Source of the DNA: Geosiphon pyriformis uo1
Lineage: Eukaryota > Fungi > Glomeromycota
DNA length: 64,000 nt
Assembly (NCBI GenBank): GCA_016748015.1
Contig: JAAOMT010000570.1
Coordinates: forward strand, 686,043 to 750,042
Reading direction: 5' to 3'
Shown piece after piece: positions 1 through 12,649 of the stretch. The position numbers were made by a program, and so were the translations under genes. The notes under the pieces are model-generated. The model ran no database searches. It was not told the origin of the DNA and saw only the letters and a list, made by a program, of their open reading frames with translations. Position 1 is the stretch's first letter; each line of letters starts with the position of its first letter.

Positions 1-1330
1 TTACTTTTTTGAATTAATTTTTTACTTAATTAAATAAGCTTTATATTAATATCTGAGGTTTTTTTTATGGCTAAGTTAATAACTTGGATATAATTGGTTT
101 TTTGTTTAGTTAATTTAAAATTATGGACAAATATTATTGTATTTTGCAAATTTTTAGAATAATAAAATCTAATAAATTAAAAAATATTGCTTCTTAGTTC
201 TTAATAAATTGGTTTAGAATTTAATTAGATGTATAATAATCTTATTTAATAATTTAAATTTAATAAAAACTTTGATTGAATTGTTTAAAATAAATAATTA
301 CAGCTTTATAATTTTTTGGTTTTATAATATTAAACTAATTTTGTAGTTTAATTAAAATATTTAGATCATGAAAATATTGTAGAAAAGCGAGTTTAAAGGC
401 AGTAAAGTCAGTTGGTTTTTTATTAAAACTTTAGTATTATGAATTAGTAGTTTTAGTTAAGAAGAAAAATAAGACTTAAATTGTTTTGATATTATCTTAA
501 TTGTTTATCATAATTGTTTTTTTAGCTTTAACAATTCAAGTATATGTATTTTTTTTTTTTTTAAAAAATTTTTTTAATTTAATAATGTTTTTGTATACTA
601 TAACAAAAATAATAAAAATTGTTTATTAATTAACAAAAATAAAATTGGCAGTAGTATATTTGGTTGTTTAATTGAACTTATTGCTAACTGTTTTTTTATT
701 AGTTATTATAAAAGATTAAAACAATAATATTCTTTTTAAAGAGATAATTATTAATTTAGTTAGTGGTTATAATATTTGTTATTTCTAAGTAGAAGTATTT
801 TATAAAGTAATATTTGTTATTAGAGTAAGATTTTTAAATAATATTTTGTATTTTTCCAATAATTTAGTCCAAAGATTTTTGTTAAAGTTTTAGAAATAAA
901 AATTTTTGAAGTTTTAAGCTATAATTTAGTAGGCTAATTAAGTAATATTCTATTTTTTAAAGTTTGATAATATAATAATATTGTTGGTAATAGAAATTTT
1001 GACTTTTTGCTAATAGTAGGTTGCAATTTTTTTTGTTTATTGTTATTGAATATTGTTTTTAGTATTTGATTCGAATTCTCTAAAGAAGTATTAATATTAT
1101 AGTTTTTTTTAAGTTATAGATAACAGTTTTGTATATATATCTTAATTTTCTTGTTAATAAGGAGAAAAGTTTTTATAATTGCTTTTTTAATAATAGGTTT
1201 TAATAAATTTGCTTTTTAAATTTTTTAATATTAACTGTTCTGCTTAAATAATAGTTAACTTTAGCATATATATAATAGAAAAATTTATTTTTAATTGTAA
1301 ATATTTCTTCTAAGATTTTTAAATCTTTTT
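1..1330 (-). mobile_element. Heavily decayed Ty3/gypsy gag relic
   Basis: Minus-strand translation of ~365-520 gives NN*DNIKTI*VLFFFLTKTTNS*Y*SFNKKPTDFTAFKLAFLQYF, matching gag of the element at 57595-57816 (QVIPYFLKDMADSWYYSLAQKPQNFNAFKLEFLRYF). Ends approximate. Confidence 0.55.
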
Positions 1331-2699
1331 AAAAGTGTAAATATAATGTTTTTCTAAAAGACAAGTGATTTTTTTTAATTATTTTAATAGTTACTATTTT
1401 GTAAATTTCTGAATGTTTTGTCTCTGTAGATTTTATAATTTTATAAAAAATATTAAATATTATAGATAAACTTGACAGAATATATTTATAATATTTTCAC
1501 TTATAATTTAATATTAAGAGCAAATTAATTTTAAATAAATTAGTTGTAATAGTAAAATTGGTTATCAATCTTTAAAAGTTTTTTTTTTGAAGTTTTACTT
1601 GTTAAATTTTTTGATTATAAGGCATAAAAATTTGTTTTTATTGTAGTATTAATGTTATAATTGTGTTATTCTATGCTAATTGATTACAATTGCTAAAGTT
1701 CAGTATTGTTTTTTTATTTTTTTGGTAAACTAATAAAATTAAGTTTAATATTCAAACTTAAAAAAAGCTTTTCTCTTTTATTAAATTATCATAAAATCTA
1801 TTTTTAAACAGTTAATTTTTAATGTTACTGCTTTATAAAATAAAATAAAATAAAAATTAATATTTTGTTAATTACTATAATTAAAAGCAATTAGTTCAAA
1901 TTATTAAGATTCTAAAAGTATTTATGCTAATAGTATTTGGTCTGGAATAAAAATAAATAAAACAATTAATTCGATTTTAATAATCAAAAGTTTGGAATTA
2001 TGTATTCATAAGTTAAATAATAATATTTTATTAAATTTGTTATAAAATATAGAAAAAATAAAATAAAGTTTATTTAAACTAAAGATAAAATATTAGAAAG
2101 AAATTGATTCTTGTATGTTTTTTTTTATCTATTAAAACTACTTATTTTTATACATTTTTTTTAATTTTATAAAATTGTTTTTAATTGCTTATTATTATTA
2201 ATTATTAATTATTATTTTAATTATTTTTTTATATTATTATTGATTATTCTGTTTTATTTTATATTATTGTGTATTATTTTAAGTTATTTTATATTGTTTT
2301 GCTTTATTTTGTTTTATTCTGTATTATTTTATGTTATTATGTTTGTTTTTATATTATTATATAGTATTTATGTTTTTTTAATAAGTTTTTGATTAATTTC
2401 TACTTGAATAATATTGTTTTGTTTTAGATATTATTATTTAAAATATTTTCAATTATAAAAAGTACTTCAAATATTATTTTAAAATATTAATTCCATTTTG
2501 TATTTAAGTATTGCAATAATAAAATTTATATTAATTTATTATTATTTGCTTTATTTATAAATTTATTATTTTATTAATATAATTTTAAAAGTTATAATAT
2601 GTTAATTATTGTAAAATAATATGCTTTACTTGGTTTTAATAACAAATATTGAATAATTGTCCAAGAATTTAATTAGTATTGCTATAATAATTGTTATAA

Positions 2700-2900
2700 T
2701 TATTTAAGAATAAGTAAAATAAATTATTATTGCTATATTAATTATTAAAGTTATTAGAAAATAAGTAAACTGAATTATTATTATTTTGTTAATTATTAAG
2801 ACTGTTTAAAAATAAGTAAATTTGATTATTATTGCCATATTAATTATCAAGATTTGTTTAAAGATAAATAAATTTGAATATTATTATTAATATTAATTAA
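2700..2900. repeat. Degenerate ~51-bp tandem repeat, about 4 units
   Basis: AATAAGTAAA..ATTATTATT..TTAATTAT recurs at ~2709, 2760, 2811 and 2863. Confidence 0.45.
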
Positions 2901-4040
2901 CATATTATCAATTCTGTAAATAGAATTTGTTTAGATTATAAACAATATAATAATTAATAAATTTATAAAACATATTAATAAATATTTTTAGAATAAGAAA
3001 TAAATTGTTAATTATTTTCATTAACTATAGTGTTTACATAATTAATATAAATGTTTTTGTATTTGAAAGACTTAATAATATAATATTATACTATTTTTTA
3101 TGTAATTATGTAAGTATACAAAAAATTAAATTGACAGTTTTTATTATTAATTATAAATTCTAGATAAAAGTAGACAAGAGACAAAAAGTATTATAAAAGT
3201 ATTATTAAAATTAGATTTTTTTTACTAAAAATTTATTATTTTCTGTATTTAAAATTTTATAATCTATATAATTCTATTTACAAAAATAACACTAAAAAAA
3301 GTTTTTTATTATTAATAATGTATTACAAGATTCAATTGTTATTATTAATTTATTAAGTTATAATATATTTTAAAAAAATAATAATTTAAAATAAATTAAC
3401 AATAAAAAATAATAAAACTAATCTGTCATTAAAAAACATAATTATATAAATCCAAATATACTGCAAATAGTGTGAAAAATATAATACAATTCTAATTACA
3501 AAATATTAGATATGTTGGATTAAAATCTTTATTTTTATAATTTAAAATGTTTTTTATAATTTAAAATACTTTATATTTTTAATTAGATATAAGATGTTTC
3601 AAATAATATTTAAAACAAAATAATATTTAAAATACAATAAATATATTAATATATTATAAAAGCAAAATACAATAAAAAATATATAAACCAAAAACTATTG
3701 CTTTGTTTTTATAAATATGTTAAAAAACATGAATTAAAAATAAGCAGCAGTTTTTTTTAAGAGTAAAAAAACTTTTTATTAGTACAAACTAAAATATTCT
3801 TATTACTTAATAAACAAACCAATTAAAATATTCAATCTAAAGATTATTACTTCACTGTAACAAAGATATTTACAAAATCAAATTAAAAAATTAAAAAATA
3901 TATATTTGACAACTTTAATTAATTAACAAAAAACAGAAAAAAAATATTTCTAAAAATAAATAATGTATTAAAAAAATAAATATTTAAAACATTAACTATT
4001 AATTGTATTTTTACTGGAAAATTTTTACAAATAAAAGCAC

Positions 4041-5451
4041 TGTTACCAGTGATTTTTGTCAATATTTGAAAATATTTCTTAGCTCAACTAATAACACATA
4101 TTACCATGATTATATTACTAACTATAGTATATCATAGATGTATAGACTATTTCAGTGAGTGAAAGAACAAAAAAGAGTATATGATAAAAATATTAAAAAC
4201 AAGAGAAAGCATTGTTATTATTATTTGTTTTTAAACAAGAACTAGTTTTAGGTATTTTAAAGAGGAAAAAGAAGTCACATCTCTTTATATATATCAGAAA
4301 TACAACCAATAACAGAAGTAAAACCAACTATTCTAATAAATATGTAACCAGAATTCTTTCAATTAGTTATCAAAAGGGTGTGGTATTCAAATGCTCAGCT
4401 TTGAAAATAAAGTTATAAGAATTATAAAAAGAATTATAAAAGTCAAACATAACTGAAATAGATTTTGATTAAACTTTTTATTGTTAAAACCACTCTCTAA
4501 CAACATGATATTTTATTACTTATTTTTATATTTAACAACTTGTTTGGGAAAACAAAACTTAATGTGAAATAGTAATAATACATGATTTTAAAAGATCAGA
4601 AGTAATAGAACAACTTAAAATAGTAATAACAAGAAGGTAAAAGATTATAAACAACATAATTCCAAATGGTGATAAGAAATATAGAAAAGCATATTTAAAA
4701 TTGTGATAACAAGTATTTAGAGCATAGAAAAAGGGAAAAAGAAAATAAGAGGTAGAAAAAAAAACTAACTGCTTACTATAAAACTATAGTAAAAAGTTGG
4801 TTCAGTATTGAACTAATACTTTTCTGAGCTAACAGAAAGGCTATATATATAGCTAAATTACACCAGATCTATATATTATATTAGAACTATTTAAAATACA
4901 TCAATTATTTATATACATTAAATTAATCAATTTATGATAAGCTTATTTGGCTTATTATTTATCCAAGAGTTAGTAATTTAGATGATTAGATTTTAGATGG
5001 CTGGATCTAGAATATTGATTGTAAATTAATGATACTAATTGTAATTATAATTAACATAATCAGAAATAGATCAATTGATTACATTTTTTAGTAACCATTT
5101 TTAATTATTGATTACAGATTTGGAATGTTGAATTGTTTTAATAAGGGCATATAAGAATTTTGGAACATAACAAAGTCTTTTATTATCAGATTACATGTGT
5201 CAATCATTTATTTCCATTGGTGTTTCTTGGTTTGCCAAGATTTTTTTGTATTCAACTTAGTTAAACTGTTAGATTGTGTCATATTTCTTTGTTGTAATTG
5301 AACTGATTGTTGATTATTTATTTTCAGATTGCTGGCTGATTTTGCTAATTAAGTACAATAATATAGATTTTTTTTGCATAATTTTGATGTTAATTTTTAT
5401 GATATATGTTGTAATTTTTGTATTGAAAAGTGTAAAAATCTTCTAGTAATA
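4041..5451 (-). repeat. Family C 3' LTR
   Basis: Begins TGTTACCAG, ends CTAGTAATA; colinear with 5593-7002 at offset 1552. Confidence 0.85.
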
Positions 5452-5592
5452 TTTTCTCTATCTTTAAAAAATAAGCTTCTGTGAATTGTTAAATTTTTCT
5501 TTTTTTTTAAAAAAAATTGAAGTCTTCTGAGATATTTAAAGATCATTAAAATGTTCATAGTTGTTTTTATATTGACAATAAGAGACACTATA

Positions 5593-7002
5593 TATTACTA
5601 ATAGTTTTTGTTAATATTTAGAAATATTTCTTAGCTCAATTGATAACACATATTATCATAATTATGCTACTAACTATAGCATATTATGGGTATATAGACT
5701 ATTTTAATAAGTGAGAGAACAAAAAAAGATACATGATAAAAGCATTAAAAACAAGAAAAAATATTGTTATTATTATTTGTTTTTGGGCAAAAACTAGTTT
5801 TAGGTATTTTAAAGGAGAAAAAGAAGTTATATTTCTTTATATGTATCAGAAATACAATTAATAACAGAAGTAAAACCAACTATTCTAATAAATATGTAAC
5901 CAGAATTCTTTCAATTAGTTATCAAAAGGGTGTGGTATTTAAATGTTCAGCTTTAAAAGTAAAGTTATAAGAATTATAAAAAGAATTATAAAAGTCAAAC
6001 ATAACTGAAATAGATTTTGATTAAACTTTTTATTGTTAAGACTATTCTCTAACAATATGATATTTTATTACTTATTTTTATATTTAACAACTTGTTTGGT
6101 AAAACAAAACTTAATGTAAAATAGTGATAACACATGATTTTGAAAGATCGAAAGTAATAGAACAACTTAAAATATTAATAACAAGTAGATAAAAGATTAT
6201 AAACAACATAATTTCAAATGGTGATAAAAAATATGGAAAAACATACTTAAAATTGTAATAACAAGTATTTAGAGCATAGAAAAAGGGAAAAAAAGAGTGA
6301 GAGGTAGAGGAAAAAACTAACTGTTCATTATAAAATTATAATAAAAAGTTGGTTCAATATTAAATTAATACTTTCTTAAGCTAACAAAAAGGCTGTATAT
6401 ATAGTTAAATTATATTAAATCTATATATTATATTAGAATTATTTAAAATACATCAATTATTTATATATATTAAATTAATCAATTTATAATAAGCTTACTT
6501 GACTTATTATTTATTCAAGAGCTAGTAATTTAGATGATTAGATTTTAGATGACTGGATTTAGAACATTGATTGTAAATTAATAATACCAATTGTAATTAT
6601 GATTAACATAATCAGAAGTAGATTAATTGATTACATTTCTTGGTAACCATTTTTAATTATTGATTACAAATTTGGAATATTAGATTGTTTTAATAAGAGT
6701 GTATAAGAATCTTGGAGCATAACAAAGCTTGTTATTATTAGATTATATGTGTCAATCATTTATTTTTATTGGTGTTTCTTGGTTTGCCAAGATTTTTTTG
6801 TATCCAACTTAGTTAAACTGTTAGATTGTGTCATATTTCTTTGTTGTAATTAGACTAATTGCTGATCATTTATTTTCAGATTGCTGGCTGATTTTGCTAA
6901 TTAAGTACAATGATATAGGTTTTTTTTGCATAAGTTTGATGTTAATTTCCTTAATATGTGTTGTAATTTTGCATTAAAAAGCATAAAAATCTTTCAGTAA
7001 TA
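5593..7002 (-). repeat. Family C 5' LTR
   Basis: Begins TATTACTA (decayed TGTTACCA), ends CAGTAATA; adjacent to the PBS. Confidence 0.85.
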
Positions 7003-7725
7003 ACACTTAAGTTTGTTTAAAAGTTTTCAGAAAAAAATAACTTTAAAATATTAAATAATTAATTAAAAAAGTTTAAAAAACAACATAATTTGTATTATAT
7101 TAAATATATGACAAAACAAGCAGTGTTTTCTTGGAAATTTTACCAAAAAATAAAAGCAGCTACATGAAATTATTGGCAAATATAACCTAAATAATATTTA
7201 TAATACTAATAAAATATCATTATTTTTTAGAATACTATTAAATACAACTTTGGCAACAAGAGTTATTTTTAATATAAAGTATAATAAAAATCAGATTACT
7301 ATATTTTTTGCTTATAATACAATAAACAGTATTAAGTTACAGCTCTTAATTATTGACAAAACTGCAAAATCACAATGTTTTTACAATATTAACATAAATA
7401 TATTTCTAATTACTTATTGCTAAAATACAAAAACATGAATACAAACAAATATTTTTAATAAATAACTTAATTTATTAAATAAAAAAAATGTGCTACAAGA
7501 AAAAAAAATTTTGCTTTTGATTAATAATATTGGTTTTTATAATAAAAAATTTTTTATATTATTTAATATAACATCTTATTTATAGTTATTAAATACAAAA
7601 ATTATTATATTTTTTAAGATATAATATTAAAATTTTTTTTTTATCTTATTAATTAATATAATAGCAAGATTTTAGCATTAACAATAATATTAAAAGATAC
7701 AATTAACTTTTTAATTAATATATAA

Positions 7726-9073
7726 TATTACTAAAAGATTTTCATGCTTTTCAAATACAAAAATTACAATATATACTATAAAAATTAGCATCAAAATCAT
7801 GCAAAAAAAACTTATTTTATCATACTTAATTAACAAAATCAGCCAGTAATCTGAAAATAAATGATCAACAATTAACTTAATTACAATAAAAAGATATAAT
7901 ACAATTCAACAGTTTAACTAAATTAAATACAAAAAAATCTTAACAAACTAAGAAACACTAATAGAAATAAATAATTAATGTATTTAATCTAATAACAACA
8001 AATTTTGTTATGCTTCAAAATTTTTATATGTTTTTATTAAAACAATCTAATATTCCAGATTTGTAATCAATAGTTAAAAAATAATTACCAAGAAATATAA
8101 TTAATTAATCTATTTTTGATTATGTTAATCATAATTTTAAATAGTATTATTGATTTACAATTAATGTTCTAAATTCAACCATCTAAATCTGATCATCTAA
8201 AAATCATTAATTTTTGAAAAAATAACATGTCAAGTAAGCTTATTATAAATTAATTAAATTAAATTATATAAATAATTAATGTATTTTAAATAGTTTTAAT
8301 ATAGTATGTAGATTTAATATAATTTAGCTATATATACAGTCTTTTTGTTAGCTCAAAAAAGCATTAGTTAAATATTAAGTCAACTTTTTGCTATAGTTTT
8401 ATAATAAATAATTAGTTTTTTTCTTTATACTTAATTTTTTTTCTTTTTTCTATATTCCAAATACTTGTTATTACAATTTCAAATATGTCTTCTCATATTT
8501 TTTATCACTATTTAAAATCATGTTGTTTATAATCTCTTATTTATTTATTAGTATTATTTCAAGTTTTTCTATTACTTCTGGTCTTTAAATTATGTATTAT
8601 TATCATTTTACATTAAGTTTTGTTTTACCAAACAAGTTGTTAAATATTAAAATAAATATTAAAATATTATATTATTAGAGAATAGTTTCAACAATAAAAA
8701 GTTTAATCAAAATCTATTTCAGTTACATTTTATCTTCACAATTTTTTTATTATTTTTATAAATTCATTTTTAAAACTGAATATTTGAATATTATACTCTT
8801 TCAATAACTAATTAACAGAATTATGGTTACATATTTATTAAAATAGTTTGGCTTTTTTTGTTGCTAATTGTGCTTTCAATATATATAAAAAGATATGCTT
8901 TTTTTTTTCTTTAAAATATATTAAGCTGGTTTTTGTCCAAAAATAAATAATAATAACAATACTTTTTTTCACTTTTAATAATTTTATTACACATTTTTTT
9001 TTACTTTTTTACTTATTAAAATAGTTTATATACTCATAATATATTATAGTCAGTAATCATAATTATAATAATA
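7726..9073 (+). repeat. Family C LTR, inverted copy, lacking ~55 bp at one end
   Basis: Reverse complement of ~5650-7002, more decayed. Confidence 0.8.
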
Positions 9074-10529
9074 AGTATTATAAATAAAAACTATTGCTGT
9101 TGCTAAGAAATTATTAATCTATAGTTTTCACTTAATAATAATAATCCAAAACTGTTAACACTATATAAAAATTTTAGATAATAGCCAAATATTAATTTAT
9201 TTATTACATATTAAACAAAAATTCCAATAAAAAATACAGATTTTTATTAAGCATATTAATATTAACAAACTGTTAACAATAAACTTTATTAAAATTGACA
9301 AGTTTAAATTATTATTTACTTATATTTTAAAAAATAAAATTGTAGATCTTATTAATAATAAGTATAATAAAAATTTTAATATAAATAAAGATTTAGAAAA
9401 TAAAAATAAATTTTTGTCTTTGCTATTTATATATTAAAGTAAAATTACACTTGAAAATATATTATATTATTATAAAAAAACAATATAATAAAAAAATTAA
9501 TCCAGATTTTTTTAAAACTTTGAAAATATTAATTTATAATATTGTTTTTAAAATTTAAGAAAAAAAACAGCTGTAAATAGATGGTTTTTTCGAATATTAA
9601 AAATAAAAATATATTAAATAAATTAAAATTTGTACTTTTTTTAAATATAATATATTAAAAAGTTTTAAAATCAATAAATAACTGGTCAAATATTTTTGCT
9701 TCTGTTTTTATACTTTTTATTAGTATGTTTGTTTTTTAAAATTAAATAACTAATTAATTAATATTATTAATATCTTATTATTTAACTTAAAAAAATTGAA
9801 TATATTAATGAAAAATATAAAAACAAAGACAAAAATATTCAATTTATAATTTATTAATTTCAAAACTTTCTAATGTAATTTTATAAATATTTAATATATT
9901 TAATTAATTATCATATTATATATATAATATATAGATTATATAATAAGATATTGATTATTTTTTATAGTTTTATTTTTTTATAGTTACTATAAATATGTTG
10001 ATCAAAAGATATAACTATAGAAAAAATTTACTGTATTAAATATAAATTAAAAATCCAATAATAATAAATAAAAATTTTAAAACTAATATTATGAATTGAA
10101 GTAATAAGCTAATAAATAACAAGAGAAAACAAAATTATAGAATAATAAAATTAATCAAAAAAAATTTAACTTTAAGAAGCAAATTGAATAAGTATAGATT
10201 CAATATACAAGATTAATCTTATAAAACATTTTAGTTGCTATTTTTTTCAAAGAATAACCAAAGAATCTAAAAGTAAAAAAATAATTCATACTGTCAACAA
10301 ATAATAACACATTGATATAATTCTATGCTTTATATCAGCACTTTTAGAATTTAATATTAGATATTAAATATACTTTTTAGTTATGTTTTATTCAATAATT
10401 TTCAAATGCTACAATTATATGAATCAGAAAAAAGATAAATAAATGCTAACAAGTAATCTTTTATTTTAAGATATTCAGATACTTAAAGATAAAGAAAAAA
10501 ATAAGCAATAAGAAAAAGATTAAAATGAT

Positions 10530-10761
10530 AGTTGTTATTTTATTTATTCTTGATTAATTACTATATGCTTTTCTATATCTAAAAAACTTATTGCTTATAT
10601 AGCTATTAAAAATGGTCAATGATTAAGTCAATAATTAGGTCAATAGTTAGGTTATTAATTAGATTAATAATTACAATTTAAAAATAAAATGGCTAATTAT
10701 ATAATATTAATGATTAATACATGTAATAATTAAAAAAAACTATGATTTTTAATTATAATAT
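10530..10761. repeat. Dispersed repeat (probable decayed LTR family D); second copy at ~62510-62744
   Basis: Shared CTAAAAAACTTATTRCTTATATAGCTATTAAAA...ATGGCTAATTATATAATATTA...TTTTAATTATAAYA. Confidence 0.55.
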
Positions 10762-12149
10762 TAATAATAAAAATAAAATTTTTTTAAATTTTTAAACTAA
10801 TATTTTAAAACAAAAAAAGTTAATACTAGTAAAATAATAACTTTTTCTTAAGTATTATTAACTTTAAAATAAAAAATTATATTTTTTTCACTATTTTATT
10901 GCTTTAAAATTTAAATAATTGAATTTTATAGTAATTAAAAAAAATTATATATTTTAAATATTAATTTATTAATTATTAATAAGACTATAATATTAATTGT
11001 TAATAAAAATTTTTTAATAAATATTAATTTTAAAAAACAAAAAATTTATTTAGATTAAATTATAATTATTAAGAAAATTTTTATAAATATATTTAAAAAT
11101 ATAATCATCTTAATTTTGTTTAAATTTAATTAAACTAAAATCTAAAGTAATTGTATTAATTTTATTAAATCTATTATTAAGTTTATTAATGTTAGTTTTA
11201 CTAATTACTAAGTTAATTAAATTTTTTTCTGTTTTATATATAAAATTAAAAAATTATAATTAAGACTATTTAAGATAAAATTTTTATTTTTAATAATTTT
11301 AAATAATATAAATTAAGATATTATTAAACTTAAAATTTTAAGTAATAATATGAATATTTCTAATAATATTATAAATAAAAATATATTTACTTAGATAATA
11401 GTTTTTTAAAAGTACTAATTATTTAATATTAAAATAAATATAAATAAAATTATTAATATTAATATGTTAATTATATATATACACAAGATATTTTTTTTAA
11501 AATTAATATAGTTTAATTTAGATAAAACTTATGTTTAATTACATATAAAAATTATAAAAATTATATTATATTAAATAATAATTGAATTTTACATATTAAA
11601 AAAATAAAATAAAATAAAATAAAAAATAATATATTTAAAATTTATAAAAACTTCTTTTTTGTGTTTATATAATTATAATTAAATTAAATTTAAACTTATA
11701 AATTTTATAAAATTATTTTAGGTTTAATGTTAATTAATATGTATAATATCAATAAAAATCAAGCTTAAAAAAACATAAAAAATATATACACAACTTTTAC
11801 AAAAAAATTAATATATAAAAATTAGTATTTAATTATAATTATAAAATTTGAAAATAGTAAATTAATTAACATAAAAATTATTGTTTTAATAAAAAACTTT
11901 GTAAGTATATTATAAAAAAATAATTTTGAAAAAACAAATACAAATACAAATATGGAACATAAAATAAGATAAAAATACATTAAGAAAATACAATATATAA
12001 TAAAAGCATTTATGCATTATAAGTTTGTATGTATTTGGCGAAAAAAATTTTTAAATATAGTATCCAATAGGAAATTTGTTAATGGTTGGATTAAACCTTT
12101 AGCAAAAAAATGATATAATTTTTTATAATTTAAAAAAATGGGCTTATAT

Positions 12150-12200
12150 TATATAATATTATTTATTTATTTAACGAGTGAGGCCCAACCAATCACTAAT
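12150..12200 (-). mobile_element. Very short LINE 3'-end stub with (AAAT)n tail
   Basis: Minus strand GGTTGGGCCTCACTCGTT-AAATAAATAAAT matches the LINE 3' terminus TTGGACCTCACTCGT-AAAATATA at ~22194-22220. Confidence 0.5.
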
Positions 12201-12649
12201 ATTAAAAATAAAATAAAATAAAATAAACAATAAGCAATAATATAAAAATAACAAATCAACATAATTTATCAAAATATAATAAATACCTATTTTAATATTT
12301 TACACTTTAAACAATTATTATATTAACAAAATATTTACATGTAAATTATAAAAAATCTTTTTTTTTGATACTAGAATTGAAATCTTCGCTAATAATTAAT
12401 ATGACGAAAAAAATTAAATTCGCAATTCCCAGAAATAAAGTAAGTCCAATTTATGGAAAATAACAACTAATTACCATATGAAATTTACTAAGTGTTTTTG
12501 AAAATGTCAATAATCCATTTTTTCGAAGCGCAGATTGAGCGCTCGAGTTGAGCCCATATTTTGTGGATAGTGAAATCTTGGTCTTTGTCAGAATTTAGCC
12601 TATAAAAATAAATATATGTTAAAGGAGCCTGATAAACCTCCTCGATTAC

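Larger units (their letters stand above)
4041..7002 (-). mobile_element. Non-autonomous LTR element (family C): two ~1.41 kb LTRs with only 141 bp internal sequence
   Basis: Direct repeats 4041-5451 and 5593-7002 with TGTTAC...GTAACA-derived termini. Decayed PBS at ~5579-5590, PPT at 5452-5465, and 4-bp TSD GCAC (4037-4040)/ACAC (7003-7006). Confidence 0.85.
3740..7720 (+). pseudogene. pogo/Tigger (CENP-B-like, HTH + DDE_1) transposase relic, split by the LTR element at 4041-7002
   Basis: Removing 4041-7002 plus one TSD restores ...ILQIKALKF. Decayed FKASNGWLEKFKKRHNL-, IYNADET-, RITILFACN-, AWM- and KILLLIDN-like motifs follow at ~7040-7535. Confidence 0.7.

Noticed and set aside
2700-2900. 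CRISPR-like periodicity here and in the LTR U3 arrays
   Set aside because: Whole units are degenerate tandem copies without unique spacers; eukaryotic context and no cas genes.
4212-5970. Duplicated 68-aa ORFs at 4212 and 5764
   Set aside because: They lie inside the two family C LTRs, start at TTG, run antisense to the element and show no protein features.
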